Source: an uncultured Candidatus Actinomarina sp. (GTDB taxonomy: Bacteria > Actinomycetota > Acidimicrobiia > Actinomarinales > Actinomarinaceae). From it: 64,000 bases of DNA. Both the position numbers and the translations under genes were made by a program. Under the pieces are notes generated by a model. It made no database searches and was not told where the DNA came from. It saw only the letters and a list, made by a program, of their open reading frames with translations. Shown here piece by piece: positions 26,597 through 35,513 of this stretch; within the stretch, counting starts at the first letter, position 1; the number at the start of each line of letters is the position of its first letter. The stretch is taken from the NCBI GenBank assembly GCA_902576605.1, contig CACGVI010000003.1, positions 919 through 64,918 of the forward strand. Reading direction: 5' to 3'.

Positions 26597-27360
26597 TGGC
26601 AAATAACAAATGGGTTGAAGTAGAAGCCAGGTCAATTGATGATGCGATAAAAGCAGGTTTAAACGAACTAAATCTCGATGATGCAACTCAAGCAAATATT
26701 AATATACTTCGCGAACCGGAGGGTGGCGTATTTGGAGTTGGTGGTACAAAAGCACTTGTAAGGGTCTCTGTAAGAAATGGGGGATCAAGGAACTATACAA
26801 ACAAAAGACGTAATAATAATCGAAATAATAACTCCAAAAACTCAAACAAAAATGAGTATAAAAAGCAATATGAACCCAAAAAACCAAGAGTTGAAGCAGA
26901 CAAAGATGAACAACTCAAAGTTTCAATTGATTTTTTGAAAGGATTAGTTAAATCTTTTGGACTTAACGGAGATGTTGAAGGAAGCTTAGAAGAAGATAAT
27001 TTAGTAGTAAAAGTTACAGGTGAGCAAACAGAAGCTCTCGTGGGCGAGAAAGGTTTTATTATTAGATCCTTGCACGAGCTAACCAGAACAGTTATACAAA
27101 GAAAAACTGGTGCTGGCACAAGACTCAGATTAGATGTAGCAGACTATGCACTAAAGCGTAAAGAGGCACTTACAATTTATGCTGAAAGATTAAGTAAACA
27201 GATACTAGAGGACAAGCAGGAAGTTATGTTAGAACCGATGAATTCGGTAGACCGTAAAACCCTTCATGACGCAGCTTCAAATTTTGAAGGAATAAAATCC
27301 TATTCAGAAGGAAGAGAACCTTATAGGTCAGTAGTCTTTGCACCTGAAGAAGAAGAATGA
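26596..27360 (+). CDS. jag: Jag/KhpB-type RNA-binding protein (Jag_N, KH and R3H domains)
   Basis: Position after yidC. C-terminal R3H-like LEPMNSVDRKTLHDAAS. Asn/Lys/Arg-rich linker. Confidence 0.8.
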   Translation: MANNKWVEVEARSIDDAIKAGLNELNLDDATQANINILREPEGGVFGVGGTKALVRVSVRNGGSRNYTNKRRNNNRNNNSKNSNKNEYKKQYEPKKPRVEADKDEQLKVSIDFLKGLVKSFGLNGDVEGSLEEDNLVVKVTGEQTEALVGEKGFIIRSLHELTRTVIQRKTGAGTRLRLDVADYALKRKEALTIYAERLSKQILEDKQEVMLEPMNSVDRKTLHDAASNFEGIKSYSEGREPYRSVVFAPEEEE

Positions 27361-27953
27361 CTTTCGAACCCCAAGTTCCTAACTGGGGTAAACAACTTGT
27401 TGGTGATAATTTAGACCAGCTAATCATTTATCATGACTGGCTTTGTAATACCGGTATAAAAACAGGACTTATTAGTCCAAAAAGCAAACAATTTGTATGG
27501 GATGAGTTCGTTGTCCACTCTCTTTATTTTGGAAAAATATTATCTGAGCTCTCTGGTGAGGTTGATGTAGTTTCAGATCTTGGAACTGGAGGAGGAATAC
27601 CTGGAATTCCAATAGGAATCACTACAAACCTTACAGTTAATTTAATTGATGTAAAAGAAAAAAGAATTTTTGAACTTTCACGGTTAATCAAAATACTTAA
27701 TAATAATAATATTTTTGCGATTCAGGACGATGCGTATAACCACATAAAAAATGGTGGTTTTTTTGTGTCCAGATGCTTTATTTCAAGTGAAAAAGTAATA
27801 AATTCCTTAAAAACTGATAAAAACACCACATATTTGGTCTCATCAAATGGAGAAGACTTAGATTACGATTCAAACCTGTTTCACGTGAAACACGAGAATT
27901 TTAAAATTAATAAAGATGATATAAGACACATTGATGTTATAAATGTTAAGTGA
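27357..27953 (+). CDS. rsmG: 16S rRNA (guanine527-N7)-methyltransferase RsmG (GidB)
   Basis: SAM-binding loop DLGTGGGIPGIPIGI. Conserved position between jag and parA. Start overlaps the jag stop (ATGA). Confidence 0.7.
   Translation: MTFEPQVPNWGKQLVGDNLDQLIIYHDWLCNTGIKTGLISPKSKQFVWDEFVVHSLYFGKILSELSGEVDVVSDLGTGGGIPGIPIGITTNLTVNLIDVKEKRIFELSRLIKILNNNNIFAIQDDAYNHIKNGGFFVSRCFISSEKVINSLKTDKNTTYLVSSNGEDLDYDSNLFHVKHENFKINKDDIRHIDVINVK
27877..27892. promoter_or_regulatory. parS centromere-like site (perfect 16-bp palindrome)
   Basis: TGTTTCACGTGAAACA is identical to the widely conserved parS consensus. It lies inside the 3' end of rsmG, about 60 bp upstream of parA. Confidence 0.85.
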
Positions 27954-28705
27954 AAACAATTGCTGTAGTTTGTCAAAAGGGTGGAGTTGGTAAGACAACA
28001 ACAGTAATCAATCTTGCTAGCGCACTTTCAAGAAGAGGCTTTAAAACATTAATTATTGACACAGATCCTCAAGGAAATGTATCTACGTACCTTAATCAAA
28101 ACAAAACTTCAGAATTAACCACCTCAACAACTCAAATTTTAGAAGGTGAAAACAACATAGAACCTATAAAAGTATTTGAGAATTTATACCTAATACCTTC
28201 TAATGTAGACATTAAAAAACACAATACAGAAAAAATAGTAGGTGGTTCAAAGCTAAGAAAAATTCGACAAAATGAGACCATAAAGACATTTGATATAGTA
28301 TTTATCGATACACCACCAACTATGAGTTCTTTGGTGCAAGAAGCACTTTCAACATCTGATTATTACTTTATACCAAGTAAGCCAGAGTTCTTAGCGGTGG
28401 AGGGAGTTGGCCAGGCAATGTCATTTGCTAAACAAACAATTTCTGAAGTACCCCATACAGACCCTCATTTTCTGGGGGTAGTTCTGAATCAAGTTGATAC
28501 AAGACGAGCAAGCTACCACGACTTTGTTTCAGAGCTAAAACAAATACTGTCCGATAAGTTGTTTAGAACACACATATCACAATTAACTGAAATTGCAGAT
28601 GGTCCATTCTATGCTAAAACTGTATTAGATTTTAGTGAATACAGTAAAGCTAGAATTGAATTTGAAGAATTAAGCAGTGAATTAATAGAAAAGGTTGGTT
28701 TATGA
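27950..28705 (+). CDS. parA: Chromosome partitioning ATPase ParA (Soj)
   Basis: Deviant Walker A CQKGGVGKTTT. IIDTDPQGN, IDTPP. GTG start overlapping the rsmG stop. Confidence 0.9.
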   Translation: MKTIAVVCQKGGVGKTTTVINLASALSRRGFKTLIIDTDPQGNVSTYLNQNKTSELTTSTTQILEGENNIEPIKVFENLYLIPSNVDIKKHNTEKIVGGSKLRKIRQNETIKTFDIVFIDTPPTMSSLVQEALSTSDYYFIPSKPEFLAVEGVGQAMSFAKQTISEVPHTDPHFLGVVLNQVDTRRASYHDFVSELKQILSDKLFRTHISQLTEIADGPFYAKTVLDFSEYSKARIEFEELSSELIEKVGL

Positions 28706-29499
28706 AAAGATCCCTAAGTTCGCTTATAGAAAACACAGATGTTAGAGAATTTAAAGTAGTCGATATTGAAGTTGAAAAAATTTCTGAAAGCAAAACGCAG
28801 GCAAGAACATATTTTGACGAAAAAAAGCTAGGCGAACTTTCAGAATCAATAAAAAAAAGTGGTTTACTACAACCCATAATTGTTCAATTGTTAGGTAATG
28901 GTAGGTATCAATTAATTGCTGGTGAAAGAAGACTTCGAGCAAGTAAAGCAGCTGGACTAAAAACAATTCCTTGTTTAGTAAAAGATGTAACAGACAAAGA
29001 CGCTGCAGTTCTAGGTCTTGTGGAAAATGTACAAAGATCACAACTTAATACGATTGAAGAAGCGCTTGGGTACAAAAGTTTAAAAGAAACATATGGCTTG
29101 AATGCAAAAGAGATAGGCCTTTTGGTGGGTAAAAGTAGACCATTTATTGCAAACTTATTGCGCATTTCTAATCTGAGTCAGAAAGTTCAAGAAGCTTTAA
29201 AAGAGGATAAAATTTCCTTCGGACAGGCAAGGCCTTTAATAGTTTTAGATGAAAACTTGCAAGACAAATTACTTTTAGAAATTATTAGCTTATCTCTAAA
29301 CAGTCGTCAGGTTGAGGACAAGGTGAGTGAGTTAAATGGAAAGTCTTCTGTGAGCGAAGAAGTCCTACATCTTAAGAGCAATCTTGAAAATACACTTGGT
29401 TCAAAAGTTCAAGTTAAAAAATCAGGTAAGTCATTTAAAGTAAATCTGAACTTTCAAAATATAGAAGCACTTAAAAAATTTATAGAGAAATTAAATTAG
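28702..29499 (+). CDS. parB: Chromosome partitioning protein ParB (Spo0J)
   Basis: ParB box GERRLRA, LLQPIIV, HTH region. Start overlaps the parA stop (ATGA). Confidence 0.9.
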   Translation: MKRSLSSLIENTDVREFKVVDIEVEKISESKTQARTYFDEKKLGELSESIKKSGLLQPIIVQLLGNGRYQLIAGERRLRASKAAGLKTIPCLVKDVTDKDAAVLGLVENVQRSQLNTIEEALGYKSLKETYGLNAKEIGLLVGKSRPFIANLLRISNLSQKVQEALKEDKISFGQARPLIVLDENLQDKLLLEIISLSLNSRQVEDKVSELNGKSSVSEEVLHLKSNLENTLGSKVQVKKSGKSFKVNLNFQNIEALKKFIEKLN

Positions 29500-29501
29500 T
29501 T

Positions 29502-30410
29502 TCAAAAAATTTCCGAATAAATATCAGAAACTATATCAAAAACTATATTGGTATTAATTTGGTAAAAATTACCATTTATCACTAATGACACGGCTTTAGT
29601 ATTTTTGAGTAGCATATTGTTTTTACCAATTGAATCAAGGTTTAATTTTGTGGCAATTTCATCAGCCAATTTTTTACCAATATTACTCACAGAGTGTTTT
29701 CCTTTGAAATAATCTACGGACTGTGTTTCATTGTTTTCAAAAGTTATGAAAAGCGAAGGGTTAATTTTATTTACAAAAGAAATAATATTTTCTTTACTCA
29801 TCTCTTCCCCAGCTTCGGAAACAAAAGTAATATTCATTCCATTTTCTATTCCAGATCCTTTAATTGATTCATAAAACACTACTTGTTCTCTGTACTCCCC
29901 GTTGTTTTCAATGTTTATACACACATTCAATACAGAGCCATCTGGCTTAAAGCCCTTAATCGCTTCATTAAGAGACTTATCTAAAGTTGGTCTGATCAAT
30001 TTTTTAATTTCAATGGCCGTATTCAAGCCAACAACACCATCTACACTTAGTCCTCGATTTTCTTGAAATGCTTCCACAGCTTTCATCAGTTCTTTTGTGT
30101 ACTCAGAGTTGATTGGCTCAGAATAAAACCCAAGTCGAGACAACATTTCTTGAAGCTCTTCTACATCAGACCCTTTTAATACAGGATTTGAAAAATTGAG
30201 TATTCGATCACCTAAATCGTATCCATGATTTAAAAGCTCTAACCAGAGATTTTCTTTTGAAATAGTTTTGTCTATGTTGTAATCATTTAAAAAAAGCTCA
30301 ACTAATGACTTACACTCAACTGAATCAGCAGGAAACTGATATCCTGCTGCTTGAATTTTGTTGCTTAAATCTAAAAGTTCATCAGATGACAATTCATCAA
30401 TATAACTCAA
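29502..30410 (-). CDS. CwlM-like protein: PG_binding_1 domain plus an apparently degenerate amidase_3-like C-terminal domain
   Basis: LKGSDVEELQEMLSRLGFY...AVEAFQENRGLSVDGVVGLNTAIEI is a clear PG_binding_1 domain. The C-terminal half aligns loosely with amidase_3 blocks but lacks the DPGHGG motif and the His ligands. Its position next to trxB matches actinobacterial cwlM. Confidence 0.5.
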   Translation of the reverse strand: MSYIDELSSDELLDLSNKIQAAGYQFPADSVECKSLVELFLNDYNIDKTISKENLWLELLNHGYDLGDRILNFSNPVLKGSDVEELQEMLSRLGFYSEPINSEYTKELMKAVEAFQENRGLSVDGVVGLNTAIEIKKLIRPTLDKSLNEAIKGFKPDGSVLNVCINIENNGEYREQVVFYESIKGSGIENGMNITFVSEAGEEMSKENIISFVNKINPSLFITFENNETQSVDYFKGKHSVSNIGKKLADEIATKLNLDSIGKNNMLLKNTKAVSLVINGNFYQINTNIVFDIVSDIYSEIF

Positions 30411-30420
30411 GTTTTCTTGA

Positions 30421-31350
30421 TTAATGATCTAACCATCTTTCAGAATCAATAGCTGCCTGACATCCGGTTCCTGCTGCAGTAACTGCTTGTCTATATATCG
30501 AATCTGCAACATCTCCTGCTGCAAAGACTCCAGGAACAGAAGTACTAGTGTCTGTTGTGAACCCGGTTTTTATATACCCCTTTTCATCTAGTTCAACGAA
30601 ATTGTTAAGAAACTCTACATTTGGATCATGACCAATTGCTACAAATACTCCGTCTAAGTTAAGCTCAGACTCTGAACTGTCTTCAGTATTTTTTAGAACC
30701 ACAGAAGACACGGCACCATCACCATTAATTTTTTCAACAGTACTGTTCCAAATCACTTCTATTTTTTCATGATTTAAAACCCTATCCTGCATTATTTGAC
30801 TGGCTCTAAACTGATCTCTTCTATGTATCACATACACTTTTGTTGCAAACTTGGTTAAAAATAAAGCTTCCTCCATTGCTGAGTCTCCACCACCAACTAC
30901 TGCTACTTCCTTTTCTTTAAAAAAGAATCCATCACAGGTTGCACAAGCAGAAACGCCATATCCTTGAAGTTCTTTTTCACCCTCAACGCCAAGCCACCTT
31001 GCTGACGCACCTGATGCAATAATTACGGATTTAAATTCGTACTCACCTTTACTGCTTGTTAGTTTGAAACCTCCATCAATATTTTCAATTGAGTCAATGA
31101 TCTCGGTCTTAATTTCTGTGCCAAATCTTTCAGCTTGTCCTTTGAAAACTTGCATTAGCTCAGGACCCATTATCCCATCAACAAAACCAGGATAATTTTC
31201 AACATCGGTGGTAAGCATTAGCTGACCGCCAGATTCAAGTCCCTCAAAAAGCACTGGTTCAAGATTTGCTCTTCCTGCATAAATTCCAGCTGTGTATCCA
31301 GCTGGTCCAGAACCAATTATTGCTACATTTTTCATACTTTTTTTCTCCAA
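30421..31350 (-). CDS. trxB: Thioredoxin-disulfide reductase
   Basis: FAD motif GSGPAGYTAGIYAGRA, redox-active CATCDG, NADPH motif VVGGGDSAMEEA. Confidence 0.95.
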   Translation of the reverse strand: MEKKSMKNVAIIGSGPAGYTAGIYAGRANLEPVLFEGLESGGQLMLTTDVENYPGFVDGIMGPELMQVFKGQAERFGTEIKTEIIDSIENIDGGFKLTSSKGEYEFKSVIIASGASARWLGVEGEKELQGYGVSACATCDGFFFKEKEVAVVGGGDSAMEEALFLTKFATKVYVIHRRDQFRASQIMQDRVLNHEKIEVIWNSTVEKINGDGAVSSVVLKNTEDSSESELNLDGVFVAIGHDPNVEFLNNFVELDEKGYIKTGFTTDTSTSVPGVFAAGDVADSIYRQAVTAAGTGCQAAIDSERWLDH

Positions 31351-31616
31351 TAACTTTTAACTGATAAAAATAAAAACAGAATACCCAGAGAAGCAAATGC
31401 GAAACCAGTTGGGTTAACTCCAAGGAGTAACCCCAAACCCTGCATAATTTTTATGATTCCTATAAATATAAATATTAACGACAAAAATAACAAAACAATT
31501 AAAAGGAAACCCAATGAAGCAAAGCCAGTCACTCTTTTTACTGGTTTAACAACCAGTCTTTTGATAGTGTCTAACAAGCTTTCAAATGATTCTAAAAAGT
31601 TATCTTCTTGTTCCAT
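31332..31616 (-). CDS. Small two-TM membrane protein, unknown function
   Basis: 94 aa with two hydrophobic helices. Its 3' end overlaps the trxB start by 19 nt. Confidence 0.4.
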   Translation of the reverse strand: MEQEDNFLESFESLLDTIKRLVVKPVKRVTGFASLGFLLIVLLFLSLIFIFIGIIKIMQGLGLLLGVNPTGFAFASLGILFLFLSVKSYWRKKV

Positions 31617-31655
31617 AGAACTTATATTAAGCTAACGAGGATTATTAATGAAGTT

Positions 31656-32363
31656 CTATTTATGGTTGCTAGTTGCCAAAATTAAAAAATTGGTCTTTGT
31701 ATAAACAAATCCATTATTTAAATACAAATTCTGAGCATGTTTATTTTGAGTCTGTGTGTTTAGACGAACATTAACTAGTTTTTTTTGTTTTGAGAATGCA
31801 ATAACGTCTTCGAGTAACTTTTTACCTAAGCCGCTATTTTGATACTTTTTTACAATTCCAAATCTCTGCAAAAATCCATAATTTCTAGTTATACCTAATA
31901 TGCCATAACCAGCCGTATCACCATCAGCTTTTTGGATGAATAAATAATTATGCACACAACTTTCAATTGTCTCTTTAAACGCAGCACTTGAATTTTGCCA
32001 ATATGGGTCAAAAATATCGTGATCTAAATTAAGAACTTCAGGAATTTTTGCATCAGTAAACACATCAACATTCTCTATGTTTTTATCTGACTGCTTAATG
32101 TTTTTTAGACTTAAAGACAGTACATTTAATTTTTCTAAAACCTCCCATCCAGCTGACTGCCAAACTGCTGAATTATTCTCATCAACCATAGAAGAGTTAA
32201 AGATGAGATTATCTTGTAATGCAAGTTGATTAATCTTCTTTAATAAAGGTCTTCCACCATATAGTTTTTCAAAATAAACAACAGGTGTTTGGTCATTCCA
32301 TTTTCGAGTATAAAAAGTTCCTTGCCAGGTGCTATGTTTCTTTTTTTCATTTGTTAAAAACAT
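31656..32363 (-). CDS. GNAT-family N-acetyltransferase
   Basis: Acetyl-CoA binding motif QRFGIVKKYQNSGLGKKLL (Q/RxxGxG) in the C-terminal half. Confidence 0.65.
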   Translation of the reverse strand: MFLTNEKKKHSTWQGTFYTRKWNDQTPVVYFEKLYGGRPLLKKINQLALQDNLIFNSSMVDENNSAVWQSAGWEVLEKLNVLSLSLKNIKQSDKNIENVDVFTDAKIPEVLNLDHDIFDPYWQNSSAAFKETIESCVHNYLFIQKADGDTAGYGILGITRNYGFLQRFGIVKKYQNSGLGKKLLEDVIAFSKQKKLVNVRLNTQTQNKHAQNLYLNNGFVYTKTNFLILATSNHK

Positions 32364-32772
32364 ATTTTAAAATTTTCTTATCTTCTTTGTGGGTTAGTAA
32401 ATCAAAAGCGCTATCAAAATCAACAAGTGCAATTTCCTCAATTTCATCATCAGGTTCATTTTTGAAAGACTCAATAACTTCCATTTCATAGAACCAAACA
32501 GTTTTTTGAACCTTTTCTCCATCACGACTTATTTCGTATCTGGACTCAGCGATTGGTTTGTTGCTTTTTAATTTTACCTCGAATCCTGTTTCCTCAAACA
32601 CTTCTCTTACAGCTGCATCTGCGGGCTTTTCCCCTTCTTCCATATGACCTTTTGGATAACCCCACCAAGACAGGCCATCTTCTGGTGAATCGCCTCTTTT
32701 GTTTTTTACAATCAGAATTTTCTGCTCCAAAAGAACAATCCCACCCGCTGCAAAATCTACTCCTGAATTCAT
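32347..32772 (-). CDS. NUDIX hydrolase
   Basis: Nudix box GHMEEGEKPADAAVREVFEETG (GX5EX7REUXEEXGU). Divergent from the CCA-adding enzyme gene, as in other Actinobacteria. Confidence 0.85.
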   Translation of the reverse strand: MNSGVDFAAGGIVLLEQKILIVKNKRGDSPEDGLSWWGYPKGHMEEGEKPADAAVREVFEETGFEVKLKSNKPIAESRYEISRDGEKVQKTVWFYEMEVIESFKNEPDDEIEEIALVDFDSAFDLLTHKEDKKILKYVFNK

Positions 32773-32809
32773 ACTTCTATTGTTTCCATTCTTCTTCTAA
32801 GCTATCCAT

Positions 32810-34183
32810 ATGGTACCAAGAACCTTATTAAACCTAATTGACAAAAACGAATATTTAAAAATCGTTTCAGATCTTTACATATCAAATGGTTTTGAGTTCT
32901 ATCTTGTCGGAGGAGCTGTTCGAGATGGCATGTTAGGTATCGATACAAAAGATTTTGATTTTACAACCAACGCAACCCCAGAAGAGTCCATAAGTTTGTT
33001 AAACAGTAATGGATATAAAACAACAGAAATTGGTAAAGAGTTTGGAACTATTGAACTCCAGATTGATGATAATTCAATTCATATAACAACATACAGGAAA
33101 GATACATATGAAAACTCCTCAAGAAACCCATCTATTGAATCAGCAGCTGACTTAGAAACAGACCTCTCCAGAAGAGATTTTACAATTAATTCAATAGCTT
33201 ATTCGATTGATGAAAGCGAACTTGTAGACCCATTTTTAGGACTAAAAGACCTAGCTTCAGGAATAATTAAGACCCCTGATGATCCAATTATTTCATTTTC
33301 AGATGATCCTTTAAGAATGTTGAGGGTTTGTCGGTTTATAAGTACTCACGGATTTTCACCTGATAATGATACTTATGTAGCAATGAGAGATAACGTAGAA
33401 AGAATCAAAATAGTATCTGTCGAAAGAATAAGAGATGAAATATCTAAACTGCTTGTTGGTAAAAACCCTTCACTTGGTTTAAGAACTTTTGTAGAAAGTG
33501 GCTTAAGTTCTTATATTCTTCCTGAACTAAACGAACTTAAAATTGAGGTCGATCCCGAATATCACCATAAAGACGTTTATGAACATACACTCAAGGTTAT
33601 TGACAATGTAACACCTACACTAACCCGAAGACTGGGAGCTTTGTTTCATGATATTGCGAAACCAAAAACTAAAGGTGTTGAAAACGGAAAAGTTCACTTT
33701 CGACACCATGAAGTCGTTGGTGCAAAAATGACAAAAAAGATTTTACAAAACTTAAAGTACGATAAAAAAACTATTAAAAATGTAGCGAGCTTAGTTGAGC
33801 TGCACCTAAGACCGCACACATTTAAAATGGGTTGGACAGATTCTGCAGTTAGAAGATATATTGTTGATGCCGGTGAAGTTTTGGAAGATCTCAATAACTT
33901 AGTTAGAGCTGATGTAACAACTAAAAATAAACAAAAAGCTCAAGAAATTTTTGAAAAACTTGATGAAATGGAAACAAGAATAAAAGAAGTTTTAGAAAAA
34001 GAAGAAATGTCAAAACTTAGACCACCAATTAGCGGAGATGAAATCATGAGTCTTTTTGATTTAGAACCAGGCCCAAAAGTCGGCTTGATTATGAAGGCTT
34101 TATATGAGCAAAGAATTAACGAGGGTGAAGTTTCTAAAGAGGAAGCGATAAAACTAGCTAAGGAAACTTTCAATAATTTATAA
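32810..34183 (+). CDS. CCA-adding tRNA nucleotidyltransferase / poly(A) polymerase family protein with HD domain
   Basis: Class II nucleotidyltransferase head YLVGGAVRDGMLG...DFDF, RRDFTINS, and the HD motif HHKDVYEHTL...LFHDIAKP. Confidence 0.85.
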   Translation: MVPRTLLNLIDKNEYLKIVSDLYISNGFEFYLVGGAVRDGMLGIDTKDFDFTTNATPEESISLLNSNGYKTTEIGKEFGTIELQIDDNSIHITTYRKDTYENSSRNPSIESAADLETDLSRRDFTINSIAYSIDESELVDPFLGLKDLASGIIKTPDDPIISFSDDPLRMLRVCRFISTHGFSPDNDTYVAMRDNVERIKIVSVERIRDEISKLLVGKNPSLGLRTFVESGLSSYILPELNELKIEVDPEYHHKDVYEHTLKVIDNVTPTLTRRLGALFHDIAKPKTKGVENGKVHFRHHEVVGAKMTKKILQNLKYDKKTIKNVASLVELHLRPHTFKMGWTDSAVRRYIVDAGEVLEDLNNLVRADVTTKNKQKAQEIFEKLDEMETRIKEVLEKEEMSKLRPPISGDEIMSLFDLEPGPKVGLIMKALYEQRINEGEVSKEEAIKLAKETFNNL

Positions 34184-34184
34184 T

Positions 34185-34218
34185 TGTATAAATATTCATT
34201 TACATGTATATTTATACA
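34185..34218. promoter_or_regulatory. Two ARG-box-like palindromes (candidate ArgR autoregulatory operator)
   Basis: TGTATAAATATTCA (34185-34198) and TGTATATTTATACA (34205-34218) are 14-bp cores 20 bp centre to centre. Both resemble the TGAAT-N4-ATTCA ARG box, and the second abuts the argR ATG. Confidence 0.45.
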
Positions 34219-34680
34219 ATGAAGAAATCAACTATTCAAAGACAAAGATTAATTGCAGATTTCATAGATTCAGAAAATGTCTCTTCGCAAAATCAACTCA
34301 AAGGACTTCTTAAGAAGAATCACATACAAATAACCCAGGCAACACTATCTAGAGATCTAAATGAAATTGGAGCAATCAAGAAAAGATTAAAAAATGGAAG
34401 ACTAATTTATGTGCTTCCAAAAAATCAAGACAACAATGCGCAGGTTAAAATTGCGAAAAAAGCATTAGAAGATTTTGTACTCGATGTTGAACCAGTCTCA
34501 AACCAAGTTGTTGTTAAAACAACAACAGCTGCTGCACAAGTGATTGCAGAGTCCATTGATAATTTATATATCGACAATATTGTTGCTTCAATTGCAGGTG
34601 ACAATGTTGTATTAATAATTTCTACTGATGAATCAAAAGCAAGAGAAGTAGCAAAGACGATTGAGGATAATATAAAATAA
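34219..34680 (+). CDS. argR: Arginine repressor ArgR
   Basis: The winged-helix N-terminus (QRQRLIADFIDSENVSSQNQLKGLLKKNHIQITQATLSRDLNEIG) and the C-terminal oligomerisation block (IAGDNVVLII) match ArgR. I prefer ATG 34219 over 34204. Confidence 0.85.
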   Translation: MKKSTIQRQRLIADFIDSENVSSQNQLKGLLKKNHIQITQATLSRDLNEIGAIKKRLKNGRLIYVLPKNQDNNAQVKIAKKALEDFVLDVEPVSNQVVVKTTTAAAQVIAESIDNLYIDNIVASIAGDNVVLIISTDESKAREVAKTIEDNIK

Positions 34681-34684
34681 CTTA

Positions 34685-35491
34685 ATGCTGCTATTTTCAG
34701 AATACGATAAAAGTTTAGAAAACATCTACATAAGCCAACCTGTTGTAGATATAAATCTTGGAGATACAAATAACTATTTGGTCAGGTTTCCAAAGTTCAA
34801 GAGAGTTACTCACATGATTCTTGCGTTTGATGCGGAGAATTTATTCTTAAAATCAAAGAGTTCATACGGTTATTTTTTTAATTTAGAATCACTATTGACT
34901 GATTTAGAGGAAAGAGAAAACAGAGGTTATTTTGTGGTTGCTGTGACCTCAAACTCTAGCAGACAAAAACAATACAACCCCTACCCAAGAGGCGAACAAG
35001 AAAACTTTGCAACTATGCACATAGAGTCCATATTAGAAGATCACTTACCTCAGATTTACGGTGATTACGACGTTGATGTAGCCAATTTAAAAAAAATTGT
35101 CATGGGAGCATCGATGGGAGGGTTAATGTCAATAAAGACAGGTATTCTAAATCCCTCTTTTGAGAATATAATCTCTCTTTCTCCAGCATTTTGGTTTGGA
35201 TTTCCAGGGATAGTTAACGATCTAAATAACTTAAGTAAAAAATCTATTTGCAATTTATCAGTTGGAACAAAAGAGGGAGATATTTTTGGTGACCAAGTAA
35301 AAAATATATTTCCTAAAGAATGGGATTTAGATTTTTCAAATAATAATGATTTCTATGTTTCTGGTGTTAAAAAAATTGAAGAGGAACTTAAGTTGAACAA
35401 CATTAAAACTAATTTCGTTTTCAAAGAAAAGGGCCAGCACAACGAAACACACTGGAATCCTATTCTTCGTGAATTTCTAGTGTCAATATAA
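34685..35491 (+). CDS. Alpha/beta-hydrolase, putative esterase (esterase D / enterochelin-esterase-like)
   Basis: Nucleophile elbow GASMGG. Overall size and the late His (GQHNETHW) are consistent with the putative-esterase family. Confidence 0.5.
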   Translation: MLLFSEYDKSLENIYISQPVVDINLGDTNNYLVRFPKFKRVTHMILAFDAENLFLKSKSSYGYFFNLESLLTDLEERENRGYFVVAVTSNSSRQKQYNPYPRGEQENFATMHIESILEDHLPQIYGDYDVDVANLKKIVMGASMGGLMSIKTGILNPSFENIISLSPAFWFGFPGIVNDLNNLSKKSICNLSVGTKEGDIFGDQVKNIFPKEWDLDFSNNNDFYVSGVKKIEEELKLNNIKTNFVFKEKGQHNETHWNPILREFLVSI

Positions 35492-35513
35492 AAACCACTA
35501 GCTTTTTTATTGC

